From the NCBI GenBank assembly GCA_040905465.1, contig JBBDRK010000049.1:192246-256245 (forward strand): a DNA stretch of 64,000 nucleotides, given 5' to 3'. The position numbers and the translations under genes were made by a program. Shown in pieces: positions 49,758-59,267 of the stretch (position 1 is the first letter of the stretch; every line of letters begins with the position of its first letter). This DNA comes from Trueperaceae bacterium (lineage in GTDB: Bacteria > Deinococcota > Deinococci > Deinococcales > Trueperaceae). The notes under the pieces are model-generated. The model was not told the DNA's origin. It saw only the letters and a list, made by a program, of their open reading frames with translations, and made no database searches.

Positions 49758-50408
49758 ATGAGACAGCTCCGTGTACCGCTGGCGCTGCTGGTGGTCGCTG
49801 CCTGTGCGGCCGGCAACGCACAGGTCTTGCCTGACGGGGTCAGCGAGATACCGTTCCTGTGCGCGGAAGACGGCAGGAATCGTCCCGAACCGGCCAGCGA
49901 GGCGGAGCGACTCGAGGCCGAGCGCCGGGCGCGCTACCGGGCGGTGTTTCCCGCCTACCTCGCGGCCGTGCCGCCGGAACCGGAACCGTCGTTGCTGATG
50001 CCGGTCGCCGGCGTGAGTGTGCGGAGAGTGATCGACACCTGGGGAGGCCTTCGCGACGGCGGTCGGCTCCATGAGGGGCAGGATATCTTCGCTGCGGCCG
50101 GTACGCCGGTGATGGCGGCCGCAGCAGGCTACGTATATCGGATCGGTCCCAACCCCCGCGGGGGTAACGTCGTGGTGGTGGTGGCGGCCGGTGGCCGGCG
50201 CCACTACTATGCCCATCTTCAGGCGTTCGGCGATATCCGCGAGGGCCAGGCCGTGCACGCCGAGACCGTACTGGGTTACGTCGGCGTCACCGGTAATGCC
50301 GCCGGCACGCCTCCGCACCTGCATTTCGGAGTGTACGAGGGACCGGCCGACGCCTGCGACTGGAACGCCATCGATCCACTGCCGATGCTGGTCGATCGGT
50401 CGCCCTGA
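49758..50408 (+). CDS. M23 family metallopeptidase
   Basis: HEGQD, YYAHL, HLHF, signal peptide. TACAAT 6 nt before the ATG. Confidence 0.9.
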   Translation: MRQLRVPLALLVVAACAAGNAQVLPDGVSEIPFLCAEDGRNRPEPASEAERLEAERRARYRAVFPAYLAAVPPEPEPSLLMPVAGVSVRRVIDTWGGLRDGGRLHEGQDIFAAAGTPVMAAAAGYVYRIGPNPRGGNVVVVVAAGGRRHYYAHLQAFGDIREGQAVHAETVLGYVGVTGNAAGTPPHLHFGVYEGPADACDWNAIDPLPMLVDRSP

Positions 50409-50412
50409 CCTG

Positions 50413-50449
50413 CCATCCCGGCCTTTGCGGTCAGGGCCGGGATGGTTTT
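50413..50449 (+). terminator. Rho-independent terminator
   Basis: ccatcccggcc...ggccgggatgg followed by tttt. Confidence 0.75.
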
Positions 50450-50509
50450 CAGTACGGTTCAGCTAATTTGCACTCGGACGCCCCGCTCGACTTCCGAACT
50501 TCGTTGCGG

Positions 50510-52636
50510 TTACTTGAGGATCCCACCGAACGTCATCTGGCCGATTGTCGAGGGAAAGTTATACGTGAAGGTATGGAACCAGACGGTCTCCTCATCCGTT
50601 GTCACGCTCATCCCAAAATTTCGGCGGTTGACGTGAGGGTCCCACTGTTCCTTCAGGAGCACCTGCCAGAGTGCATCCCCGGATCGGTTGTACTTCTTGA
50701 TGACGAGATCTTCGTTTACTCCTTCCGCGGTGCCGACCACGTACAAGTCGCCATGCGCGTCAAGCGCGATGTCTTCAAAGTTTGCCCGGAGGAATTGACT
50801 TCCCCAAACATCGTTCCAGAGTTCTGTGCCCGAGCTTGTGACCTTCATCAATATGGCTCCAGTATTCGTATTGACGAAAGTTCCGGCGAGGTAGACATCA
50901 CCGTCTTCATCGATCTGGATCCGCCGAATCTCCATTGATGGCTCATATGTCTGCGTGTGGTACTGCTGGTACCACTGTGGGCTGCCGTCAGAACTGAATT
51001 TCTGAATGAAGAAGCTGTTGTCTAATTGAGCGGGATCCGTGTAGTGGGGGTCGCGCCGGCCGGCCACGTAGAAGCTTCCATCGCCAGGATCCGCCGCCAC
51101 ACGCTGCACTGTCCAGTCTCCTGCGTCGTAGTAAACAGCCTCTTGTTGCGCGTAGGTGTGATAGTTTCGCCAAAGTTCGGTACCTGCATGATTGAATTTG
51201 GCGGCGATTGCTCCTGAACTCCGTATGCCTGGAGAGTGGCCGCAGCAGCGGGCGAAGCTACCGGCCAGGATGACGCTGCCGTTGCTGTCAACACTTACGG
51301 CGGAGTGATAGTGAGTAGTACTGCTTCCGTCTGCGTGCTCTCGGTAGATCGGTTCAACGACCGTCCAAATGGGGGCGCCATCGCTATCGTACTTGTGTAA
51401 CTCGTATTGAACGCCTGGATTCGTGTCGATCCCCTTCGTCACAAGAATAATAATGTCGTTGGTGGCAGGGTCGAACGCCACGTCCAGCAACCCCAAGCTC
51501 GTGCCGACCGGCCTCTCGAGCGCGAGCCTTGACCACACGGTCTCGCCGCTACGGGTGAGCTTCTTGATCTGTATGCCAACCGCCGTGCTTTCCGCAAAGT
51601 ATAAGTGGCCGTCCGTGCCCGCCTCGAGCAGGAAGGGGCTGTAGGGACTGTCGGAGTCGCCCACTTCCCATAGCGTAGGCTCACCGGTTCCGCCGCCAGT
51701 GGCGCCATCTACTACCAGTATCTGTACGCTGTCGTGTCCACTTCGGCCAGAGGAATCCGTGACCTCTGCGGTTATCACGTGCTCCCCAGCCGACAGCTCA
51801 TCCACGTCGATGCTCGTCCCCTGACCCAAATCGCCGTCTATGCTGGAACTCCAAAGGATGGATGCGGACAAGTTGCCGTCCTCCAGGTCGGTAGCCGTCG
51901 CCAGAAAACTAACGGTTTCGCCGGTAGCATAGTCAGTGCCGTCGTCGGGTTGCTCAACGACCACTGATGGAGTGGTATTGGCAGCACCGGTCGCAATATG
52001 CAGTTTGACAGGAAGGAACCGCGCCGCCACCACGTCGACCACCTTCGCCTCGGCAGTTGTGTTACCGCGCGCCCCTGGCTGCTGCCTTCTTGCTTGTCCC
52101 AGGTTCTGCCACAACTGCAGGTCGACGAACGCCACACAGCCCGCATCTACATTGGCAGTAGCAGGATTGCAGGCGGGCTGATCCTCTGGCGCGTTGGCCA
52201 AGCGGAACTCAATTCGAACCGAGGCTCCGTCGCTACGATTGAGTGCCTTGGTATCCAACTTCGCGAAGTAGTGCTCTTCGACCTCAGGGACGTTCGTCAC
52301 GACAATCGTTCCATCGACTGTCGAATAGCGTGGCCCGACAGGAGCTCCAAATGCCTCTTGCGTAACCGGATCGAGATCAAAGACCGCCAGGAACAGGCCC
52401 ACGCTGTCGTCGAAGTTGCCCGTCAACACCTCTCCGTGGCCAAGAGGGGGCTGGAAAGCTACAGCCGCGACGCTATCAATTGCCTGCGTGCCGAAATTTG
52501 ACGCATCGTTCGTCACGCTACATCCAGCCATGCCCAAAAGAGCCAGTAGTAAGACAAGAGCATGCAAGATTAACCGGGCGTTGGTGAGGTGCCAGCGACG
52601 CAAAAAGACCATTTTCGATGCCACGGACCATCGCAT
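50510..52636 (-). CDS. Surface lipoprotein with an Ig/PKD-like domain and beta-propeller (SBBP-like) repeats
   Basis: Lipobox LLGMAGC; ATATDLEDG...WSSSIDG...GEHVITAEVTDSSG; repeats VDSNGSVILAG, IDEDGDVYLAG, LDAHGDLYVVG. Start codon uncertain. Confidence 0.72.
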   Translation of the reverse strand: MRWSVASKMVFLRRWHLTNARLILHALVLLLALLGMAGCSVTNDASNFGTQAIDSVAAVAFQPPLGHGEVLTGNFDDSVGLFLAVFDLDPVTQEAFGAPVGPRYSTVDGTIVVTNVPEVEEHYFAKLDTKALNRSDGASVRIEFRLANAPEDQPACNPATANVDAGCVAFVDLQLWQNLGQARRQQPGARGNTTAEAKVVDVVAARFLPVKLHIATGAANTTPSVVVEQPDDGTDYATGETVSFLATATDLEDGNLSASILWSSSIDGDLGQGTSIDVDELSAGEHVITAEVTDSSGRSGHDSVQILVVDGATGGGTGEPTLWEVGDSDSPYSPFLLEAGTDGHLYFAESTAVGIQIKKLTRSGETVWSRLALERPVGTSLGLLDVAFDPATNDIIILVTKGIDTNPGVQYELHKYDSDGAPIWTVVEPIYREHADGSSTTHYHSAVSVDSNGSVILAGSFARCCGHSPGIRSSGAIAAKFNHAGTELWRNYHTYAQQEAVYYDAGDWTVQRVAADPGDGSFYVAGRRDPHYTDPAQLDNSFFIQKFSSDGSPQWYQQYHTQTYEPSMEIRRIQIDEDGDVYLAGTFVNTNTGAILMKVTSSGTELWNDVWGSQFLRANFEDIALDAHGDLYVVGTAEGVNEDLVIKKYNRSGDALWQVLLKEQWDPHVNRRNFGMSVTTDEETVWFHTFTYNFPSTIGQMTFGGILK

Positions 52637-52751
52637 ACTTTCCCCTCTCGAAGCGCTTTCGCGCCTTCTAACCCGTCCAACAGGAGCCTCGACCGAGAGA
52701 ATCCTCTCGTTCTCGTTCCTCTTGCCTTGCCCACGATCGGACACCCGATAA

Positions 52752-52797
52752 AGCCTATGATCACGACTCCGTCCAATGCCCGTCCACGAACCGTCCA
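52752..52797 (-). promoter_or_regulatory. SARP-type activator promoter: 3x TGGACGG at 11-bp period plus -10 TAGGCT
   Basis: Plus-strand CCGTCCA at 52769, 52780 and 52791; -10 at 52757-52752. Confidence 0.7.
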
Positions 52798-52879
52798 GTA
52801 CAAGCACGAACACCGCAGCCCCACAACGGTTGCGGTTGGCCAAGTCAGTGGTAGCGATACTCCTGAGGCGACCCCAGGC

Positions 52880-55855
52880 TTATTTCGCAGTAGGCAGGTC
52901 GCCAAGACCCACCACGGAAGTCATCAGCAGATCAACCGGCAGGCTGGCACCGCGAGCGATCTCGACCTTCGCTTGGGCCGCCCCGAGCTGCCGAACCAGC
53001 CTCGAGTGCAGACGTTCGGCGCGTTGCTTGCCCCACACCGGAGTAGCATTGTGCGCGGTAATCGCACCGACGAGCACCCCGGCCCTGGTATGCTCTCCTC
53101 GCTCGAGATACAGATCGGCAAGCCACGGCAGGACCCAGAACAGCGTCAGCCAGTTCCGCGTTCGCCACGGTGGATGCAGCGCCTCTCGAAAGCTGTCATC
53201 GGCTTCGTCGAGCCTGCCGTCGCGCAGTGCGAAGCGGCCGAGCATCCCCTGCAACATCGCCAAGCTCATCTGCTCGCCGCTCGCCCGCGCCTGCGGTGTG
53301 GCCTCGCCACAAACGTAGCGCGCCTCGGCGATCAACGCCTCGTCGGCCTCGGCCAGGCCCAACTCGAAGAGTGCGTGTGTGAGCTGTGACTTCAGCAGGG
53401 GGATGGTGCCTGCGTACCCTATCTCTTCGCTGACCTGAATGCCGAGCCGGACGTCATCGCGGGCCCGCTGCCACTCCTCCAGGCAGATGTAGATGGCCCC
53501 GGAGCACATCAGCGTGGCGACAAGATCCATGCTCCTGGGAATCCGGCCGGTTTCATACAGGCTCAAGGCCTCCTTGGCGTGCTCGAGCGCCGGACCGAGC
53601 TCACCGAGGAATCCTTCGGCATACGCTGTGCTCACGAGGAACCGATTCAGCCTCACCGGATCGTCGTCCCGTTCACGCGCATAAGCGAGTCCTTCCAGGG
53701 CAGGTGACAGCGAGTCGTGGTAGCGACCGCCGAAGAAAAAGGACTGCGCGAGGAGATCCAGTCCCCGCATCAGCTCCACCTCGGATCCGGGAGCTCGAGC
53801 GAGTTCGACCGCACGGGCAGCGTTCCTCATCGCCAGCTCGACGTCGCCTACCAAGCGGCTGAGCCAGGCATGGCTCACCAGCAGGCTGGACAGCGCTCTC
53901 TCGGTCTTGGGGCGCGTAACCGGTAGCTGCTCGATCGCCCCGCCGAACACCCTGATGCCGTCATGGAAGCGCCCGCTTTGCGGGAAATACCAGAGGAGCG
54001 GCTCGCTGAGAAGCAACAGCTCTTCGCTGCGCTCATTCGCCACCGCCCAATCGAAAAACGCCAGCAGGTTGCTCTCTTCTTCAGCCAGGAGTGCGAACAG
54101 CTCTGCGAACGCCGCGCCATGCGCTTGCGCCTGCGTCCTCATGAGGAGTTCGGTGAAGTAAGCACCGTGCTTCTCCAGGGCCTCGCTCTCCTCCAGCGGG
54201 TGCTGCGACAGCATCTCGCGCGTGAACTGGGCAAGCAGCGCGTGCTGGTCGAAGCGCCCGTCCGGCAGCACGCGTAGGAGGGACTTGTCCACCAGGCCTA
54301 CCAGGTCGGGTATGGTCGCCCCCGCCACCACCGCCGCCGCCTCACGTCGGAAACCACCGCGAAAGACTGCAAGTCGCCGAAGCACAACCTGCTCACGCGC
54401 CGTCAGCAAATTCCAGGAGTGCTGAAAGGCGCTCAAGAGGCTTCGATGCCGCGTACTCACGTCACGCAACGTAGTATCGAGTACCGTCACGCTCTCCTCG
54501 AGCGTAGCGGCGAGATCGGCCAGAGGCATCGCCCGAACCCACGCCGCCGCCAACTCCACGCCAAGCGGGAAGCCGTCCACGGCACGACAGATCCTCAGCA
54601 CGAACGGTAAGTCGGCTGCGGTCGGCGCAAACGACAGCCGCACTCGTTTGGCCCTCTGCACGAACAGGTTTACTGCGTCACCGGCAAGAGCATCGGTGAG
54701 GCCCGCCTCGTCGTCGGGCACAGGAAGGCCGTCGAGAGTCAGCAGCCACTCCGCTGTCAGGTTCAGGCGTTCCCGCGAGGTGACCAGCAGCGTCAACTCC
54801 GGGCAGCCGCTCAACAAGTCGTTCAGCCGAGGCGCGACCGAGATCAGATGCTCGGCGTTGTCGAGGACGAGGAGCAGCCGCCGGTTCGCCAGTTGTTCCA
54901 CCAGCAACACCCAAGGATCGCTGGATGCCAGCGGCGGCAGCGCCAGCGCAGAAGCGATCGCATGCGGCAACTGTTCCGGGTGCGTGAGCGCCTCCAGCGG
55001 TACGAATGCCGTGCCCTCGGAAAACGCCGGTTCCCCCAAGTGTTCATACGCCGCCTGCACGGCCAACCGCGTCTTCCCGACCCCGCCGGCACCGTGTACG
55101 GTGAGCAGGCGGCAGTTTCGATAGGCGAGGGCGCCGGCGATCTCGACGAGCTCCAGGTCCCGCCCGACAAGCGGGGTATTCAGCTCGGGAAGAGTGTGCC
55201 GAACGGATACCCCTTCGAAGACGGGTACGGCTTTCGCTTCGGCATCTACATCGATGCCGAAGCGTGCGGCGTCCTCGCGAACTTCCGCCGCCCTGCCGTC
55301 ACCAACGGCCTGGAACAACCGGTAGAGGCGATTGAGATCGTGCGGCTCCGGTTCGGACGCCTCCGTGAGCGTATACGCCCAGCGGCAATGTCGTGCCGCA
55401 GGCTCGCGTTCTCCGCGAGCCAGTGCCGCTTCGGCAAGATGCAAAAGGGCTCCACGGACCCGCTTGGCCAGGTACTCGCGCGTGGCATAGACCCACTCTT
55501 CGAGCTCTCCAAACAGAGCCGTTCCGAGGCCCTCGACGAATGGACCCTTGTACAGCTCGAGCGCCCTCTCGTACTCGCCGGCATCCAACAGGGTCAGGAG
55601 TTCGTTGGCATCACAGGGCAACGTGCATGCCAGGAAACCTTCGTCGACTGCGATGGCTTCGGCCGAGCTTCCAAGCCTCCGGACCGTCGTCGACAGGGAA
55701 TCAGCAGGATCCTTTGCCTCGGCGAAGAACAGTTCGGCCATGAACTTACGCGGCTTCCGACCCTCCAACGCCAGGTACGTGAGCAGCAGCAGAGGTTTCG
55801 GACGCGTCAACCCGCTCCCAGGAATCTGGAGCCGTCCAAGCGCATTGATTTGCAT
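52880..55855 (-). CDS. SARP/AfsR-like regulator: wHTH-BTAD, STAND (NB-ARC-like) ATPase, TPR-like repeats
   Basis: KPLLLLTYLAL, DSLSTTVRRL, YKGPF, GAGGVGKT, LLVLDNAEH, VTSR, GFPLGVELAA, helical C-terminus. Confidence 0.88.
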   Translation of the reverse strand: MQINALGRLQIPGSGLTRPKPLLLLTYLALEGRKPRKFMAELFFAEAKDPADSLSTTVRRLGSSAEAIAVDEGFLACTLPCDANELLTLLDAGEYERALELYKGPFVEGLGTALFGELEEWVYATREYLAKRVRGALLHLAEAALARGEREPAARHCRWAYTLTEASEPEPHDLNRLYRLFQAVGDGRAAEVREDAARFGIDVDAEAKAVPVFEGVSVRHTLPELNTPLVGRDLELVEIAGALAYRNCRLLTVHGAGGVGKTRLAVQAAYEHLGEPAFSEGTAFVPLEALTHPEQLPHAIASALALPPLASSDPWVLLVEQLANRRLLLVLDNAEHLISVAPRLNDLLSGCPELTLLVTSRERLNLTAEWLLTLDGLPVPDDEAGLTDALAGDAVNLFVQRAKRVRLSFAPTAADLPFVLRICRAVDGFPLGVELAAAWVRAMPLADLAATLEESVTVLDTTLRDVSTRHRSLLSAFQHSWNLLTAREQVVLRRLAVFRGGFRREAAAVVAGATIPDLVGLVDKSLLRVLPDGRFDQHALLAQFTREMLSQHPLEESEALEKHGAYFTELLMRTQAQAHGAAFAELFALLAEEESNLLAFFDWAVANERSEELLLLSEPLLWYFPQSGRFHDGIRVFGGAIEQLPVTRPKTERALSSLLVSHAWLSRLVGDVELAMRNAARAVELARAPGSEVELMRGLDLLAQSFFFGGRYHDSLSPALEGLAYARERDDDPVRLNRFLVSTAYAEGFLGELGPALEHAKEALSLYETGRIPRSMDLVATLMCSGAIYICLEEWQRARDDVRLGIQVSEEIGYAGTIPLLKSQLTHALFELGLAEADEALIAEARYVCGEATPQARASGEQMSLAMLQGMLGRFALRDGRLDEADDSFREALHPPWRTRNWLTLFWVLPWLADLYLERGEHTRAGVLVGAITAHNATPVWGKQRAERLHSRLVRQLGAAQAKVEIARGASLPVDLLMTSVVGLGDLPTAK

Positions 55856-56101
55856 TACGAGTGTAGTTTACGCCTACTCGCTACCGTAAAGTGCCGTTCT
55901 ATCAGCGTTCCACTGGCGATACCTCGCTCGGCAAAACCCGTTGCCGGCACTTCTGTAGCACTCACTGCTCTGTCATGCCGCTACGGTCACGTGACATCCG
56001 GCGATTTGGGGTGTGCAAGGCCCATTCCACGCACTACCGAAGGCCTGAACTCTGCCCTGACTGGGCCTTGTGCGAGGATGAAATGTTGCTTACACTCCCT
56101 T

Positions 56102-59089
56102 ATGTATCTTCGGACACTAGGGGGCCTAGTGCTCGAAGGCAGTACGCTGCGTCGTCCCAAGCCACTTCTCCTGCTGGCGTACCTCTCCCTCGAGGGCCCA
56201 AAGAGTCGACGGCAGTTGGCAGAGTTGTTCTGGATGGATTCCAAGGACCCACGGGACAGCCTCAGCACGACGATACGGCGACTCAATGTGGGTGGGCAGG
56301 TAACTCTGCTGACAAGCGGCGACCGGGTGGAGACCAGCGTCCTCTGCGACGCCGTCCGATTCCAGCAGTCAGCGAATACCGAGGCGCCAGCAGTGTTGCT
56401 GGAACTCTATACCGGTACCTTCCTCGACGGCATCGACGCCGCGCTCGGAGAAGAGATTGAGGAGTGGCTGTACGCTACTCGCGAGCGGCTGGCCCAACTT
56501 GCCCGGCGAGCGCACCTCGAGATGGCCGCCACCTTCTTGGAAGCGGAGAATATACAGGCCGTCGCACTCCACGCGGAGTCCGCCTTGGACGTCGAGCAGG
56601 CCCCGCCGTGGAACTTTAGGGAACTTGCCGAGGTCACGCGACTCCTCCAGGCCAGTGACAGCCCACGCAGCCGCGAAGCGATTCGAGAGACTCGCGAGAT
56701 GGGCATTTCACTCTCTCACGATAACGATCCGGCCCGCCGGAAGAGGGTCGAGGCCGTCGACCTGCCTCGCGTGGGGACGTCGTTCGTCGGCCGTCACGTG
56801 GAACTGGCGGCGATCGTCGCGGCGCTAGCAACACCCCACATTCGCCTACTCACGCTGCATGGGGCGGGCGGGGTCGGCAAGTCTCGGCTGGCAATCGAGG
56901 CCGCACGCCGTGCCGTCCACGACGCTCACACTCAAGACGGCGCCTATTTCGTGGCGCTCGAAACGGTGCCCGATCCGACAGGTGTTGCCGCCGCCATAGC
57001 CGGCGGCATGCGGTTGATCCTGGCTGCCGACAGACCGCCGGAGCAACAGGTGATTCAAGCGATCGGAGCGAACCCTACACTGCTGGTGCTCGACAACGCA
57101 GAGCACCTCGTCGACAGCAGACCCTTCCTGTCAGCCATCCTGCGCCAGTGCCCCAATGCGCGCCTGCTCGTCACCTCGAGGATCAGCCTCAATCTTGCAG
57201 AAGAGCACGTAGTGAGCGTCGAAGGGCTGGAGCTGAACTCCCCATCTGGCGAAGGGGCCGCCGTCCACCTCCTATACGAGCGCATGAGGCAACACGGGTC
57301 ACTCGAGCGACTCACGTCCGACGAGAAATGGACGGCGTCGCAGGTTTGCCGACTGCTCGATGGCACGCCGCTTGCTATTGAGCTCGCGGCTGCACTCACG
57401 AGAGTCATGCCCCTCTCGGAAATCGCGCGGGAACTCGAAACCGGCCTCGAGGTGTTGGTGAACCAGGATCCGACGGCAGGCCCGCGGCACCGCAGCCTTC
57501 ACGCCGCCCTCGACGTGTCCTGGAACCTGCTCGCCGCCCCCGAGAAGCGAGCGCTCGCTCGACTCTCGGTCTTCGAAGGTGGCTTCAGCCGAAACGCCGC
57601 AAGCGCCGTCGCAGGTGTCGAAGCTAACGTACTTGCCGTCCTCATCGACGCCTCTCTGCTGCGGCTCCTTCCGTCCGGCAGATACGCGTGGCATCCCTTC
57701 ATCAGGCACCATGTCAGCCTCAAGCTTGCCGAACGCCCGCAGGAGGAGGCTGTCCGCAAGCGTCACGCCCGGTACTACCTGGAACTGGTCGGATCACACG
57801 ACCACGACATTCTCGGCGCCACCGCAATGGGCACGGCCCTGTGGATCGAAGAGGAGTTCGCAAACCTCAGAAGCGCCTGGGCGTGGGCGGTGGAACAGGG
57901 TGACTTCGACCGGATGTGCCGTTCTGCCTGGCCACTGGTTCACTTCGCAGAGATGCGTGGCCGCTTCGGCGACGTAGCAACGTTCTTCGAGCAGGCCGCG
58001 GCCGCCCACTCCACACGTGCTCTAGACGAACCCGGGCGTCGCGCGCTCGGCAACATTCTCGGTTGCAATACGTTCCTGTCGTTTAGACTCGGCCGCTACG
58101 AAGCCGCGCTCGAAAGCGGGGAGGCTTCTCTCGATCTGCTCGGTACGCTGCAGCCGCGCGACGGAAACTGGGGTGTGTGGGCGGCACGCCAGGGCCTGGC
58201 GGTCGCTAACGCCTACCTCGGTAGGCTGGACGAGGGTCTCCGGTACGTTACCGAGAACATCGTAATGACCGAAGCCGATCACAAGTTGGTAGGGCGTGAC
58301 GAGCGCCTTCGTCGTATCGTCGAGGTAATGGCCGGAACATCGCACGAGACGGTAGCGGCTATTGCTATCCAGGGCGGTTCCTACAGTCAGGCACTGAAGC
58401 ACCTCGGCCCCGCCGTACGTTTGCTCGAACCGCACGGGGCGTATGGACTCGGGTACGTCTACTGGAGCCTGGGTCAAGCCCACCTGGGAATCGGGTCCGT
58501 CGCCGAGGCGAAGGCGTACCTGGAGGAGGGCTTGCGGTTCGCCCACCAAACGGGATTCCAGACACAAGTAGGCTACCTCCTCAACGAGTTGGCCCGGGTG
58601 CACCTGGCGCTCGGCGACGTGCCCCGAGCCGAGTCGACCTGCCTCGAGGCCCTCGGCCTCGCGCTCGCTAGCGGCGACGCAGCACTGGAGACCGGAGCGC
58701 GTGCAGCCTACGGGCGCGCTGCCCTGATCGACGGGCGCTTCGCCGACGCCCGCGACCGACTGGTGTCGGCGGCAGCAGCAGCGCGGGCCTACTCTTGCTA
58801 TCCATTCGCCATCGAGGCGTTAGAGGGCCTTGCAGACCTCGACGTGAAGGACGGAAGGATCGAGGAGGCTATTAGGCTGCTGGCTTTCGTGAAGCACTCA
58901 TCCTTCACGCTGGAGGCAAAGGCGAGCGCAGCGGCGACGTCTCTGCGCGCGCTCAAGGAGGGCGTGCCGGAAGCTGCATTTAGTGCGGCGTACCGCCAAG
59001 GCGAGGCGGCAACACCCGAGCAGGCGTTCTCCGTTGGCGGCTGGCCGTGGACTACTCGCCCCGCTCGTACTCCCGTGAACCCAAGGTAA
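56102..59089 (+). CDS. SARP/AfsR-like regulator paralogue: wHTH-BTAD, STAND ATPase, TPR-like repeats
   Basis: ATG 56102 (MYLRTLGG). KPLLLLAYLSL, DSLSTTIRRL, GAGGVGKS, LLVLDNAEH, GTPLAIELAA, TPR helices. Confidence 0.88.
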   Translation: MYLRTLGGLVLEGSTLRRPKPLLLLAYLSLEGPKSRRQLAELFWMDSKDPRDSLSTTIRRLNVGGQVTLLTSGDRVETSVLCDAVRFQQSANTEAPAVLLELYTGTFLDGIDAALGEEIEEWLYATRERLAQLARRAHLEMAATFLEAENIQAVALHAESALDVEQAPPWNFRELAEVTRLLQASDSPRSREAIRETREMGISLSHDNDPARRKRVEAVDLPRVGTSFVGRHVELAAIVAALATPHIRLLTLHGAGGVGKSRLAIEAARRAVHDAHTQDGAYFVALETVPDPTGVAAAIAGGMRLILAADRPPEQQVIQAIGANPTLLVLDNAEHLVDSRPFLSAILRQCPNARLLVTSRISLNLAEEHVVSVEGLELNSPSGEGAAVHLLYERMRQHGSLERLTSDEKWTASQVCRLLDGTPLAIELAAALTRVMPLSEIARELETGLEVLVNQDPTAGPRHRSLHAALDVSWNLLAAPEKRALARLSVFEGGFSRNAASAVAGVEANVLAVLIDASLLRLLPSGRYAWHPFIRHHVSLKLAERPQEEAVRKRHARYYLELVGSHDHDILGATAMGTALWIEEEFANLRSAWAWAVEQGDFDRMCRSAWPLVHFAEMRGRFGDVATFFEQAAAAHSTRALDEPGRRALGNILGCNTFLSFRLGRYEAALESGEASLDLLGTLQPRDGNWGVWAARQGLAVANAYLGRLDEGLRYVTENIVMTEADHKLVGRDERLRRIVEVMAGTSHETVAAIAIQGGSYSQALKHLGPAVRLLEPHGAYGLGYVYWSLGQAHLGIGSVAEAKAYLEEGLRFAHQTGFQTQVGYLLNELARVHLALGDVPRAESTCLEALGLALASGDAALETGARAAYGRAALIDGRFADARDRLVSAAAAARAYSCYPFAIEALEGLADLDVKDGRIEEAIRLLAFVKHSSFTLEAKASAAATSLRALKEGVPEAAFSAAYRQGEAATPEQAFSVGGWPWTTRPARTPVNPR

Positions 59090-59267
59090 CGGTGCGGCAA
59101 CCGCGTGTCGCACGTCAAACGCCAAGCAGAGCTCTGCGGGAAGCTCCGAGGTCTCGAGCAATTACTTGCGCGCTCCGGCCTCCCCTCGACCGGTCATGCG
59201 CTTGCCCACTGGGCGGACGACGCTCGGTTCGACCAACCCGCAACTCCTCCTACAGCGGACTACGCAA

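Noticed and set aside
54848-56101. 1413-aa version of the second STAND protein
   Set aside because: The extension is antisense to the first STAND gene. Paralogue alignment and the TACACT box place the start at 56102.
52880-59089. Avs-type antiphage STAND defence system
   Set aside because: The N-termini are DNA-binding wHTH/BTAD domains rather than nuclease, TIR or protease effectors, so a transcriptional role is better supported.
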